64,000 bases of DNA from Verrucomicrobiota bacterium (lineage in GTDB: Bacteria > Verrucomicrobiota > Verrucomicrobiia > Chthoniobacterales > UBA10450), in NCBI GenBank assembly GCA_003218535.1, contig QHNV01000080.1, positions 9,532 to 73,531 on the forward strand, in the 5' to 3' direction. Under the pieces are notes generated by a model, which was not told the origin of the DNA, did no database searches, and worked only from the letters and a program-made list of their open reading frames with translations. The translations under genes and the position numbers were made by a program. Of the stretch, positions 31,558-41,407 are shown piece by piece (within the stretch, counting starts at the first letter, position 1; the number at the start of each line of letters is the position of its first letter).

Positions 31558-32808
31558 ATGCAGGCCTTACCAGGTTTTCGCGACTTCCTCCCCGAGGACT
31601 GTGCAAAGCGTAGTTACATCTTTATGCGCTGGCGCGAGGTAGCGCGTCGCTACGGGTTCGTCGAATGGGAAGGTCCACCACTTGAGCTGACCGAGCTTTA
31701 CAGAAAGAAAAGCGGCGAAGAGATCGTTCACCAACTCTTTAATTTTATCGACAAGGGCGAACGCGAAGTCGCGCTGCGGCCCGAGCTGACGCCTACGCTG
31801 GCCCGCGTCGCCGCCGCCCACGAGCGCGAATTCAAAAAACCGCTCAAATGGTTCTCCATCGGCCAATTCTTTCGCTACGAAAAACAGCAGCGCGGCCGTC
31901 TGCGCGAACATTTCCAGCTCAACTGCGACATTGTCGGTGAAGCAGATCTTGCAGCAGATATCGAGCTTCTCGCGCTGTGCATCGATGTCCTCCGTGAATT
32001 CGGATTTACAGCGAACGATTTCGTTGTCCGAATCAGCGACCGTGAATTTTGGACAGATTTTCTGCGCGAAAAAGGCGTCGCGGCAGATCAGTGGGACGAA
32101 ATCCTTCAAGCGATTGACAAATTGGGGCGCGAACCGCGTGAGAAGACAGCCGAGAAACTCGGCAACCTGGCGGAGCATATTTTTGCCACTCTAAAAAACG
32201 GCGGAGAAAGCGAGAAGCTCAGCAAGATCCTGAATGCGCTGCGCGTGCGCGGCCTGGCGGATTTTGTGGCCATCGATATCGGAATCGTCCGCGGTCTTGC
32301 TTATTATACGGGAATCGTGTTTGAGGTGTTCGACCGTGCCGGAAAATTTCGCGCCATCGCGGGCGGCGGACGTTACGACAACTTGATCGGGCAACTGAGC
32401 GACGGCGCGGTCTCGCTGCCCGCGCTCGGTTTCGCCATGGGCGATGTCGTCCTCGGGGAACTGATCAACGAAGCGCCACACGCTCGCGAAGCCATAGAAC
32501 AAGCCATCGCGAGCGATCGCAAGATCGACATCTACGTCGTGATTGCAAAAGAAGAACGCCGTGCCGATGCGCTCGGACAAATCCAGGAACTGCGCGACCG
32601 CGGATACCGTATCGATTACCCGCTAACTCAAACAAAGGTTGCTCGTCAGTTTGAAACCGCCGAAGACCTCGGCGCGCATGTAGCGCTTCTGTACGGCGAC
32701 GAATGGCCGCAAGTGAAAATCAAGAATATGGCAACGGCTCAACAGGAACTGGTGCCGCACGATCACCTACTTGCGCACTTGCAAGCGCAACCCAGTTTGT
32801 CATCCTGA
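31558..32808 (+). CDS. hisS: histidyl-tRNA synthetase
   Basis: LPGFRDFLPED, ALRPELTPTLAR, FRYEKQQRGRLREHFQ, GGGRYDNL motifs. The last codons and the stop lie inside repeat copy B. Confidence 0.95.
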   Translation: MQALPGFRDFLPEDCAKRSYIFMRWREVARRYGFVEWEGPPLELTELYRKKSGEEIVHQLFNFIDKGEREVALRPELTPTLARVAAAHEREFKKPLKWFSIGQFFRYEKQQRGRLREHFQLNCDIVGEADLAADIELLALCIDVLREFGFTANDFVVRISDREFWTDFLREKGVAADQWDEILQAIDKLGREPREKTAEKLGNLAEHIFATLKNGGESEKLSKILNALRVRGLADFVAIDIGIVRGLAYYTGIVFEVFDRAGKFRAIAGGGRYDNLIGQLSDGAVSLPALGFAMGDVVLGELINEAPHAREAIEQAIASDRKIDIYVVIAKEERRADALGQIQELRDRGYRIDYPLTQTKVARQFETAEDLGAHVALLYGDEWPQVKIKNMATAQQELVPHDHLLAHLQAQPSLSS

Positions 32809-32892
32809 GCGGAGCGCGGCGGAGTCGAAGGATCTCGCGAATTACTTTTGGGTTTGGCAACGGGATTCCTCGATTTCGCTCGGAATGACAAA
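32797..32892. repeat. palindromic MITE/REP-like element, copy B (hisS-aspS spacer)
   Basis: ttgtcatcctgagcggagcgcggcggagtcgaaggatc...gggattcctcgatttcgctcggaatgacaa. It matches copy A in both arms. Confidence 0.8.
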
Positions 32893-32895
32893 AAG

Positions 32896-34701
32896 ATGTT
32901 TCGCACACACGATTGCAATGCACTTCGCAAGAGCGACATCGGCCAGCAGGTGACCCTGGCCGGCTGGGTGAATGTCACGCGCGATCACGGCGGCGTCATT
33001 TTCATTGATCTTCGCGATCGCGAAGGGCTGACTCAGGTTGTTTTTCGCCCTGAAGAAAACGCCGAACTCGCCAGGGAAGCGCATACTCTGCGCAGTGAGG
33101 ATGTGATCCAAGTGTCGGGCCGAGTCGCCGCGCGTCTGCCGGGAACGGAAAATCCAAACCTTGCGAGCGGCGACATTGAAATCATTCCCAGCAAGCTGCG
33201 CATTCTCAATCGCGCCGACACATTGCCGTTCCCAATCGATACCGAGCCGCAGAACGAGGATCTGCGGATGACGCATCGGTATTTGGATCTCCGGCGGCCG
33301 CGGCTCTCGCGCAATTTGCAGGTGCGCCATCGAGTCGCGAAAGCGACGCGCGATTACCTCGACAGCCAGGGCTTTGTCGAAGTCGAAACGCCCATTCTTT
33401 CCAAGAGCACACCGGAAGGCGCGCGCGATTTTTTGGTGCCTAGCCGAATCATGCCCGGAAAGTTTTACGCGCTGCCACAGGCTCCGCAGCAATACAAACA
33501 ACTGCTCATGGTCGCGGGTGTGGAGAAATATTTTCAGATCGCGAGATGTTTTCGCGACGAAGATTTGCGCGCCGACCGGCAACCGGAGTTTACCCAGATC
33601 GACATCGAAGCGTCGTTCGTTACACCGGACGACATTTTCGCAGTCACGGAAGGAATGCTGGCGGCGATTTTTAAAGCAGCGTTCAACGTGGACATCAAAA
33701 CGCCATTTGATCGCCTTACCTATCGGGAGGCAGTCAGCCGATACGGAAGCGATAAACCTGACCGCCGCTTTGGAATGGAGCTCGTCGATCTCGGCGAAAT
33801 TTTTCGCGAAAGCAGCTTCAAGGTTTTCCGCGGTGTGCTCGATGCGGGGAGCGTGGTGAAAGCAATCAATGCGAAAGGTTTTGCTGGAATCACCATCGGC
33901 CAAGTCGACGAGCTAACTGAAATAGCAAAGTTACACGGCGCAAAAGGGCTTGCATTTATCAAGATCGAGAATGGCGAATGGAAATCGCCCATCGTGAAAT
34001 TCTTCTCTGATGCTGAGAAGGCTGCACTGAAATCAAAATTGCAAATCGAAGAAGGTGACTGTGTATTTTTCGGCGCCGACAAATGGGAGATCGCCTGTGA
34101 AGTGCTTGGCCGATTGCGACTACGGATTGCTGAGATTCAGGAATTGCACGGTAGGGCGCGACCTGAGCCTGCTCCCCGCGGCGAGGGCGCGCCGGACTGG
34201 GATTTCCTCTGGGTCACAGATTTTCCGCTTTTCGAATGGAGTCCGGAGGAAAACAAATGGAATGCCATGCATCATCCCTTTACTCGCCCGAAAGCGGAAG
34301 ACATGCCGCTGTTTGACGCCAAGAAATTCCCCGATGTTCGCGCTGAAGCTTACGACGTCGTGTTGAACGGTGTGGAAATCGGCGGTGGCAGCATGCGAAT
34401 CCATGAGCCGCAGCTGCAGGAGAAAATGTTTGAGGTGCTTGGAATCACTGCGGAAGATCGCCAGTCACAGTTCGGCCATTTGCTTCACGCGTTGCGGCTG
34501 GGTGCTCCGCCCCACGGTGGCATTGCGCTCGGGCTTGATCGACTGGTCATGTTGATTTGCGGCGAACAAAGCATCCGCGACGTCATGGCGTTTCCGAAAA
34601 ACAATCGCGGCATCGATTTGATGACGCAGTCGCCAAGCGAAGTCGATCCGCGCCAGTTGAGGGATTTGTCGCTCAAGCTGGCTAAAGACAAAAAGACGTA
34701 G
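32896..34701 (+). CDS. aspS: aspartyl-tRNA synthetase
   Basis: ATG 32896 (MFRTHDCNALR). FIDLRDREG, QSPQ-like LPQAPQQYKQLLM, FRDEDLRADRQPEFTQID, GGGSMRIH. Confidence 0.96.
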   Translation: MFRTHDCNALRKSDIGQQVTLAGWVNVTRDHGGVIFIDLRDREGLTQVVFRPEENAELAREAHTLRSEDVIQVSGRVAARLPGTENPNLASGDIEIIPSKLRILNRADTLPFPIDTEPQNEDLRMTHRYLDLRRPRLSRNLQVRHRVAKATRDYLDSQGFVEVETPILSKSTPEGARDFLVPSRIMPGKFYALPQAPQQYKQLLMVAGVEKYFQIARCFRDEDLRADRQPEFTQIDIEASFVTPDDIFAVTEGMLAAIFKAAFNVDIKTPFDRLTYREAVSRYGSDKPDRRFGMELVDLGEIFRESSFKVFRGVLDAGSVVKAINAKGFAGITIGQVDELTEIAKLHGAKGLAFIKIENGEWKSPIVKFFSDAEKAALKSKLQIEEGDCVFFGADKWEIACEVLGRLRLRIAEIQELHGRARPEPAPRGEGAPDWDFLWVTDFPLFEWSPEENKWNAMHHPFTRPKAEDMPLFDAKKFPDVRAEAYDVVLNGVEIGGGSMRIHEPQLQEKMFEVLGITAEDRQSQFGHLLHALRLGAPPHGGIALGLDRLVMLICGEQSIRDVMAFPKNNRGIDLMTQSPSEVDPRQLRDLSLKLAKDKKT

Positions 34702-34824
34702 CGACGCGGTCTGCCTGCTCGCGAGGGCCTTCGACGTGTCGGCCGCTCTACAACAAAGTTGCCTGGAGAACTCGCTGATTACGCGGGTGACGCAGATTTT
34801 GAGTTAGGAAGGCAGGAAAACCGA

Positions 34825-35250
34825 TCAGGCTGCTGCCAGAGAACGCACGTGAGCAATTTCACCTGCTTCGGCGGCACGGACTTGATCAGCCATCAACGTA
34901 ATCACGGCGATGGTCTCGCCATCCAAAGAAGTGAACTCCACCTCGTAACCGGCGTTGTTCCGATGAACCAGCACGACCGTGCCAATATCGCCCGCGCGCA
35001 AACCTTGTTCCGGCAGGTCGCGTGTGAGAATTATATCATCTAGTTCTTTGATTGCGCCGCCAATCCTGATCGCATCTTCATGAATTACGTCTTTATAGGC
35101 TTCGGCATAACCGCTGATGTTTTCCATGTCCCAGCCAAGCGCTTTGAACATCGGATCGACAAACTCTTTGCGAAGTTGGGCTTCGTTGTATTGGCCTGAT
35201 TTATAGGCGTCGCCTTGCTGTTCAAAGCGGTCCACAAGGTCGGCAATCAC
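34825..35250 (-). pseudogene. chimeric ORF: ~66-aa N-terminal remnant of an N6-adenine DNA methyltransferase (type IIG R-M / BREX PglX-like) fused to a DUF4926 domain
   Basis: IADLVDRFEQQGDAYKSGQYNEAQLRKEFVDPMFKALGWDMENISGYAEAYKDVIHEDAIRIGGA matches the stereotyped N-terminus of large R-M methyltransferases. From IKELDDIILTRDLPEQGLRAGDIGTVV...EVEFTSLDGETIAV it is DUF4926-like. Confidence 0.6.
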
Positions 35251-35373
35251 AGGGGGGAGCTGGCATAGCTGACCGAGAATTAGATGCGAGCCCCGTGAAG
35301 ATCAAGCTGGCTGACGAACGGAATGAGGGACTATGGTTATCCCGGCAATCGAAAGTCCGCGCAGGCTGCTCGC

Positions 35374-35694
35374 TCAGTAGCCGAGGGCCGCTTTTCGCTC
35401 TGCTGCGGTAGGCAGAGGATCCTTGCGGACTGTGATCGCCTCCCCGCCTGAGTCCTTCACCTCCTGTGCCTTGACCGCATTGAACTCGGTATCTTTCGTG
35501 AACTCCGGAGGAAGATCCATGTCCGCATAGATGGCATGCACCGGGCACACCTCTACACATGCCATGCAGTCAATGCATTCATCGGGGTGAATGATCACCT
35601 GGGTCTCCAGCTCGTAGAAGCACGCGACCGGGCACACTTCTACACAGTCGGTGAACTTGCATCCGTTACATTTCTCGGTGACGACGTGGGCCAT
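35374..35694 (-). CDS. fdxA: 7Fe-type (3Fe-4S/4Fe-4S) ferredoxin
   Basis: [28 protein letters not shown]...[13 protein letters not shown] cysteine pattern. 106 aa. Confidence 0.88.
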   Translation of the reverse strand: MAHVVTEKCNGCKFTDCVEVCPVACFYELETQVIIHPDECIDCMACVEVCPVHAIYADMDLPPEFTKDTEFNAVKAQEVKDSGGEAITVRKDPLPTAAERKAALGY

Positions 35695-35787
35695 GGAATT
35701 ACAATAGTTGAGGATCGCGTAAAAAAGACTGCCTGTTACGAATAGTGAGCTAACGATGGCCAGTCAAATTTCTGGGTTACATTAGAG

Positions 35788-37395
35788 TTAAGCCACAACC
35801 GGTGGATGATGTTCGCGGCCACTCCGGAACAAAACCGCCACTGAAAAGGTGACGATCGTGCCGAAGCAGATCCACCAGGGAAATTCCATCACTGGCAGCC
35901 ACGGCGGTTGCGGATAGAGCCTGCCGCCGAAAAGGCCGGCGATATTGTTGGGGAGACCACTCAGGATCGCGACAACGACGAAGCCGATGATCATCGCGAC
36001 GATATTGCCGAAGTTGTTGCCGCGGGATTTGGTCAGCATGCCTGTAAGAAAAATGCCGAGCACTGAGCCGTAGGTGTAACCGTAAATTCCCAAAACAATC
36101 GGGATGATCCGTACATTTGGGTAGACGATCACGAGATAGGCTGTGGTTGAAGCAACGACAATCATCAAAATAGAGAAGGCCACGGTTGCCCAGCGCACGG
36201 CGCTCAAACTCTGCTCTGCGGTCGAGCCTGGCTGGATGTATGGCTCGTACCAATCGCGCGTGAAACTTGTGGCCAGGGCGTTTAAAGCCGTGCTGAGCGA
36301 ACCCATCGCGGTCGCGAATATTCCGGCCAGAAGCAGGCCGCGAATGCCGACCGGCATTTCGTAAAGGATGTAGTGACAAAAAATTTCGTTTGGAGTTTTC
36401 GGCAACGCCGGATCCGTATGGGTCTGATAGAAGACCCAAAGCAGCACGCCGATGCTAAGGAAAGTGAAAGCAATCGGGATATCGGCAAGACCTGACATGA
36501 TCACCGAGCGCCGGCTGCGGCGCACATCCGGCGCAGTCAACATCCGCTGCACCATATCCTGATCTGTTCCGTGCGTGGACATGGTCATAAAAGTGGAACC
36601 GATTAGGCCGGCGAAGATCGTGTATTCGATTGCAAACATCCCTTTAATTTTCTCCCAACCGCTTTTAGCGGGATTCAACCCGCTAGTGATGAAATCCGAA
36701 ACGTGAAACTCGCCGTGACGCTGAACGATTTCGTGCCAGCCGCCCGGAATCGAAAAATAAAGCAGACCGACAGCGGTCAGTGCGCTGCCGATCATGATCG
36801 ACGCCTGAATGACGTCCGTCCAGATGACCGCCTTAATTCCGCCGAGCGTTGTGTAGATCGCAGTCAAAAGCACAATCGCGACGATTGCGCCGATGTAGAT
36901 GAAAAGTGTTTCAGTCTGATTAGGCCGGACGCCACGAACCATTTCGTAGCCGAGCGCGAGGGCAATCGCTGCGACGTACAAGCGCGCGCCCGACGCGAGC
37001 AATCTTGTGAAAAGGAAAACGGCTGATGCTGCGTTCTTGGTCCCGACCCCGAAACGCGCGGTCAGGTATTCGTAGATCGAATAAACTTTGTAGTCGTAGT
37101 ACGGCTTGATGAAAATGTAGCTGACCAAAACGCGCGCGAGGATCGTGCCAAGGGCGAGCTGGAGATAAGTGTAATTTCGAAAAGTGAAGCCTTCGCCAGG
37201 CGTGCCGAAAAATGTTCCAGCGCTGGTTTCCGCGGCGATAAGCGAAGCAAGAATGGCCCACCACGCGATTTGCCGTCGACCAAGTGCGAAGTCGGCGAGG
37301 TCGCGCTCGCGCCGACCCATAAACAGGCCAATTGCGATGATGGCGACGAAATAAAAAAGCAGAACGCCGGTATCAATTCCGAGGCGCACGTCCAT
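35788..37395 (-). CDS. sodium:solute symporter family transporter
   Basis: 535 aa, ~13 hydrophobic segments, SSF-like N-terminus (DFALGRRQIAWWAILASLIAAETSAGTFFGTPG). Confidence 0.8.
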   Translation of the reverse strand: MDVRLGIDTGVLLFYFVAIIAIGLFMGRRERDLADFALGRRQIAWWAILASLIAAETSAGTFFGTPGEGFTFRNYTYLQLALGTILARVLVSYIFIKPYYDYKVYSIYEYLTARFGVGTKNAASAVFLFTRLLASGARLYVAAIALALGYEMVRGVRPNQTETLFIYIGAIVAIVLLTAIYTTLGGIKAVIWTDVIQASIMIGSALTAVGLLYFSIPGGWHEIVQRHGEFHVSDFITSGLNPAKSGWEKIKGMFAIEYTIFAGLIGSTFMTMSTHGTDQDMVQRMLTAPDVRRSRRSVIMSGLADIPIAFTFLSIGVLLWVFYQTHTDPALPKTPNEIFCHYILYEMPVGIRGLLLAGIFATAMGSLSTALNALATSFTRDWYEPYIQPGSTAEQSLSAVRWATVAFSILMIVVASTTAYLVIVYPNVRIIPIVLGIYGYTYGSVLGIFLTGMLTKSRGNNFGNIVAMIIGFVVVAILSGLPNNIAGLFGGRLYPQPPWLPVMEFPWWICFGTIVTFSVAVLFRSGREHHPPVVA

Positions 37396-37542
37396 TTCGG
37401 CGGTTATTTAGCCACAGACGCTGCGGTGAGCCAGCCGAAACCTTGAATACAGATGAAACACAGATTGTCTCGCTCTCTTTCCCTTGCTCTTGCTCGTGCT
37501 CGTGACCGATGCTGAATGCTAGATACTCGATACCCGATCGCC

Positions 37543-38475
37543 ATGAAGATTACGGAAATTTGCGCGCGAGACTTCAATCTGGCCATGACGCTCAATTCGG
37601 GCCAGGTCTTCCACTGGGAAAAGGCTGGACGGGGATTTGTGGGCACGATCGGCGATTTGCCAGTTTACGTCGAACAGAATGGTACCGTCTTAATACTTGG
37701 CGGGGCGCCATGGCCGGCACCCGAGACGCGTGCACTCCCCAGAATCGTTGCCCATTATTTCGCTCTTGATCATCGGCTGGCAGAAATCTGTGCCTCGTTC
37801 CCGGATGACCCTGTAATGAACGCAGCACGGTTGTTTTGTCGTGGGTTGCGGATCATTCGGCAGCCAAGGTGGGAATGCCTGGCCACGTTTATCTGTTCGT
37901 CGATGAAACAGGTCGCGCATATCCGGCAAATTTCCAAGGCGTTGCGCGAACGTTTCGGCGTGGCGCTCAAGATCGATCTGTCGAAGCACCATTGCTCCGG
38001 GGCGGACAGTTGCATCGTTCACACATTTCCCTCTGCGGAGCGCCTAGCTAAAAATTCAGAAAGGGAATTGCGCAAATGCGCGGTCGGCTATCGCGCGGCG
38101 CATCTGCTCGCCACCGCCCGGCTTGTTGATTCGGGCGAAGTGGATCTCGATGAGTGGCAAGTACTTTCCGATACCGATCTTCGGCAGCAGCTCTGTGAAC
38201 TGCCAGGCGTGGGTGCAAAGATCGCTAATTGTGTGATGCTTTTCGCCTATGAAAGGTTGCGCGCTTTTCCCATCGATGTCTGGATTGAGCGCGTTTTGAG
38301 ACAGCACTATTTTCCACGGGCACGAAAATTGAACACGGCGCGGCTGCGCGAATTTTCCGAAAGCCATTTTGGCGAACACGGGGGCTACGCGCAGCAATAT
38401 TTGTTTCATCATGCTCTCTCTCGCGCGCGAAAGTCGGCAGTGTCCCGCAAGCAAGCAAGAAAATGGCAAGAATAG
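37543..38475 (+). CDS. ogg: 8-oxoguanine DNA glycosylase / HhH-GPD base-excision glycosylase
   Basis: OGG N-domain-like TLNSGQVFHW. HhH-GPD region LCELPGVGAKIANCVMLF...PIDVWI. Confidence 0.8.
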   Translation: MKITEICARDFNLAMTLNSGQVFHWEKAGRGFVGTIGDLPVYVEQNGTVLILGGAPWPAPETRALPRIVAHYFALDHRLAEICASFPDDPVMNAARLFCRGLRIIRQPRWECLATFICSSMKQVAHIRQISKALRERFGVALKIDLSKHHCSGADSCIVHTFPSAERLAKNSERELRKCAVGYRAAHLLATARLVDSGEVDLDEWQVLSDTDLRQQLCELPGVGAKIANCVMLFAYERLRAFPIDVWIERVLRQHYFPRARKLNTARLREFSESHFGEHGGYAQQYLFHHALSRARKSAVSRKQARKWQE

Positions 38476-38588
38476 GAATTCCATAGCCAGGCAAGTTGTC
38501 AGTGGCCTTAGGCTGAGATAATGTTGAGGCTTTAAACTGAGGAAGCTCTAAGCCTGAATTCGTTTATCATCATTACCAGACCGCTCTC

Positions 38589-39551
38589 ATGACGACGGCC
38601 GATATCATGTTTGCTCGGCCAGGCAGCCGGACGCTCGACCACGAATACGATGCGCGGACTGTTTTCCTAGCGTTAGTTGCGGCCATCCTTATTCATTTGG
38701 CAGTGGCCTGTCTGCTCGCTGCATTAAGTGGAGTTCTCTCGCCAACCGCTTCGTTTGAGGAAAACCCGGTTGAGTTGACGTTTGTCGATCTTTCGCCGGT
38801 CTCGAAAAACCCCGCGTTCATCGAGACCGACGAGTCGAAAAAATCAGCGGAAGCGCCGAAGGAAAAAACGTTTGAATCCAATGCCAACTCCATCGCAGCG
38901 AGCGAACTTCCTGCAAGTGGCGAAGCGCCGCTACCGTCGCAAGCGGGAAAAGATCGGCCGTCTGTCGATTTGGAAACACATGCCTACTCGCTCCAAATGA
39001 ATGGAGCGCAACCGCAACCGAGCGCTGCGCCGCGGGCAAATCCGAATCCCGCGGCGGCGCCGCAGACACAACCCGGTCCGGTTACCGCAGCGGAACAATT
39101 TGCCATGTTAACCGCGAGGGCGACTCCGGCAGTCGAGCCTTCGGCTGCGGCACAAACGCAATCCTCATATCGGCCCTGGAAGGAGCGAACTCATATCTCA
39201 GGGAAGATTACTAACCGCGGGAGTTCTTCGGTTAATGCCTTTGGCACGCCGCTTGGCCGGTACGAGAAAATTCTGAAAGATGCCGTTGGCTCGCGCTGGT
39301 ATACTTATGTGGATCGGAAACGTGATTTAGTTAATATCGGCACCCTGCGGCTTCGATTTTACATCGATCGAAGCGGACAAGTGAAGAGCCTGAAAATTAC
39401 TGAGAACAGTTCGAACGAGGCATTTGCCAATGTTTGCCTGCAATCGGTGCTGGAGGCACACCTTCCGCCAATTCCCGAGGATGTTGCGAACACATTGCCG
39501 TCTGAAGGCTTGGAAGTGGACGGATTCACTTTCACTATCTATCCAAATTGA
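38589..39551 (+). CDS. membrane-anchored protein with TonB-C-like domain
   Basis: One TM (VFLALVAAILIHLAVACLLAAL), a low-complexity periplasmic spacer, and a C-terminal ...LRLRFYIDRSGQVKSLKITENSSNEAFANVCLQSVLEAHLPPIP. Immediately upstream of exbB/exbD. Confidence 0.55.
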   Translation: MTTADIMFARPGSRTLDHEYDARTVFLALVAAILIHLAVACLLAALSGVLSPTASFEENPVELTFVDLSPVSKNPAFIETDESKKSAEAPKEKTFESNANSIAASELPASGEAPLPSQAGKDRPSVDLETHAYSLQMNGAQPQPSAAPRANPNPAAAPQTQPGPVTAAEQFAMLTARATPAVEPSAAAQTQSSYRPWKERTHISGKITNRGSSSVNAFGTPLGRYEKILKDAVGSRWYTYVDRKRDLVNIGTLRLRFYIDRSGQVKSLKITENSSNEAFANVCLQSVLEAHLPPIPEDVANTLPSEGLEVDGFTFTIYPN

Positions 39552-40270
39552 TGATTATCGCCGCGATAAGTGTTCAAGCTCCGGAGACCGTGAAGATCGT
39601 ACTCGGGTTCTTCCAAAGGGGCGGCCTCTTTATGTGGCCGCTGCTCGCCTGCTCGATTGTCTCTCTGACGACAATGATTTTACGCGGTTTCGCGTTGAGA
39701 GAGAAAAAGGTGATGCCGCCGGCAATCGAGGAGGAAATAGAACGTTTGGTACCAGGAGGCGGTCCCGAGCGGCTCTCACGTCTTGTGCATCATGATCCCT
39801 CCTCGCTAGCGCAGATCACGCGTGTGGCGTTGCAACATTTGCGTGGTCCGCGCTCGGAAAACGTGGAAGTGGTTCAAACGCGGGCGCGTCACGAGATGGT
39901 GCGCCTGGAAAGAGGTCTCATCGTTCTCGAAGTCATTGTAGGCATCGCACCCTTGCTCGGTTTGATCGGCGCAGTTTCGGGCCTCGTGCACGTTTTTTCG
40001 CATCTTGGTTTAAGCACCGGCGCATCGGACACGCGCCAGATCGCGCTCGGCATCGCCGAAGCACTGAATGCGACTGTTTTTGGACTTTCGATTGCCGTGC
40101 CGACGTTGATCGGGTTCACCTATTTTTCCAGAAAAGTGGAAGTGATGTCAGTGGAGATGGAGACATTGGTGGTCGAGTTAATTAACAAATGCTATTACGG
40201 TCGCTCGTCGCGCGAATTCGAAAGAACAAAACCGTCATCCGCTGCTCAGCTATCGACACCGGTAGCGTGA
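39551..40270 (+). CDS. exbB: MotA/TolQ/ExbB proton-channel protein
   Basis: GGLFMWPLLACSIVSLTTMILR, IAPLLGLIGAVSGLV. TGATG overlap with the upstream gene. Confidence 0.85.
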   Translation: MIIAAISVQAPETVKIVLGFFQRGGLFMWPLLACSIVSLTTMILRGFALREKKVMPPAIEEEIERLVPGGGPERLSRLVHHDPSSLAQITRVALQHLRGPRSENVEVVQTRARHEMVRLERGLIVLEVIVGIAPLLGLIGAVSGLVHVFSHLGLSTGASDTRQIALGIAEALNATVFGLSIAVPTLIGFTYFSRKVEVMSVEMETLVVELINKCYYGRSSREFERTKPSSAAQLSTPVA

Positions 40271-40292
40271 GACTCACAGCGAATTTCAAGCC

Positions 40293-40700
40293 ATGAATTT
40301 TGCAGTGCGAAAACGGCGTGCGCCCCTCATTATTATCGTTTCGCTCGTCGATATTCTCATCATTCTGCTGATCTTTTTTGTCGTTTCGACGACTTTTAAG
40401 AAGGACCAGCCGGAGGTTCAGATCAATCTGCCGGAGTCCAAAACAGCGAAGGAGCTGCCTGCTGAACTCGAACACGCGATTGTCAGCGTTGATGAAAATG
40501 ATGACGTCAAACTGGACGGACGCGCCGTAAGCGTGGACGCGCTGGAAGGCGCGGTGCGCGATTTACCTGGTGCGCGTAAATCAACATTGGCACTGCAAGC
40601 GGACAGAAAGGCTTCCTTTGGCGCGATCATCAAAGTGATGGATGCGTTAAAACTTGCGGGCGTCCGAAATTTGCCGGCCTTTACCCGCGAAGAGAAATGA
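40293..40700 (+). CDS. exbD: ExbD/TolR biopolymer transport protein
   Basis: 135 aa, LIIIVSLVDILIILLIFFVV TM plus an ExbD periplasmic domain. Confidence 0.85.
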   Translation: MNFAVRKRRAPLIIIVSLVDILIILLIFFVVSTTFKKDQPEVQINLPESKTAKELPAELEHAIVSVDENDDVKLDGRAVSVDALEGAVRDLPGARKSTLALQADRKASFGAIIKVMDALKLAGVRNLPAFTREEK

Positions 40701-41305
40701 TCTTGTCGATCGTGCAGTACGGTGATCCGATCCTGCGGACGAAAGGGAAGCGGATCGAGAAGATCGACGATCATATTCGCGAACTCGCTGCGAACATGAT
40801 CGAGACGATGCATGCTGCGCATGGCGTGGGCCTGGCAGCACAGCAAATTGGTGAGGCCTTGCAACTCACCGTAATCGACGTTTCGCAGGTCGAAGATCGG
40901 CCAAGCACGATGAAGTTGAATGCCAAAGACGTCGATCCAGCGATTGCGATGCCGCTGGTCTTGATCAATCCTGAAATCGAGTTGCGCGGCCCAACCGAGA
41001 TGGGAGTGGAAGGCTGCTTAAGTTTTCCAGAAATTTCCGCCGACATCGAACGGTCGAAATCGGCGATTGCACATGCGCAAACTCTGCAAGGCGACAATGT
41101 CGAGATCGAAGCAGGCGGCTTGTTGTCGCGCGTGATTCAACATGAATTCGATCATCTTCATGGGATCCTTTTTATTGATCGCATGAATTCTGCGGTAAAA
41201 GCAGCCTTGTCGAGTCGGCTGAAACGCTTGCAAAACGAAAGCAGACGCGGCAAGCGCATTCGCCCCGAAGAGGAACAATCGCTTGTGACTGAGACGACGT
41301 TGTAA
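40697..41305 (+). CDS. def: peptide deformylase
   Basis: GVGLAAQQIG, EGCLSFP, QHEFDHLHG motifs. ATGA overlap with the exbD stop. Confidence 0.95.
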   Translation: MILSIVQYGDPILRTKGKRIEKIDDHIRELAANMIETMHAAHGVGLAAQQIGEALQLTVIDVSQVEDRPSTMKLNAKDVDPAIAMPLVLINPEIELRGPTEMGVEGCLSFPEISADIERSKSAIAHAQTLQGDNVEIEAGGLLSRVIQHEFDHLHGILFIDRMNSAVKAALSSRLKRLQNESRRGKRIRPEEEQSLVTETTL

Positions 41306-41407
41306 TTGCCGCCAGCTGGCGACGCCACGCCCACCTGTAATTCCATCAGTCCGCGCTTCCTGACTTCTGCGCGTCAAAGCGTTTTGGCGGCGGCGCGGGT
41401 GAGACGG

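Noticed and set aside
32842-33903. 353-aa minus-strand ORF opposite aspS, and 306-aa minus-strand ORF (43018..43938) opposite dnaA
   Set aside because: Each lies fully inside a well-supported housekeeping gene on the other strand. No family features are present. These are the long antisense frames typical of GC-rich DNA.
37483-37504. Imperfect hexanucleotide run cttgct-cttgct-cgtgct-cgtg between the symporter and ogg
   Set aside because: There are only about 3.5 units, and the run is imperfect and single-copy in the window. That is too little to call a functional repeat or a CRISPR-like structure.
41310-41321. Perfect 12-bp palindrome cgccagctggcg after def
   Set aside because: It has no loop and no T-tract, so it is not a convincing terminator. 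Such short GC palindromes are expected by chance.
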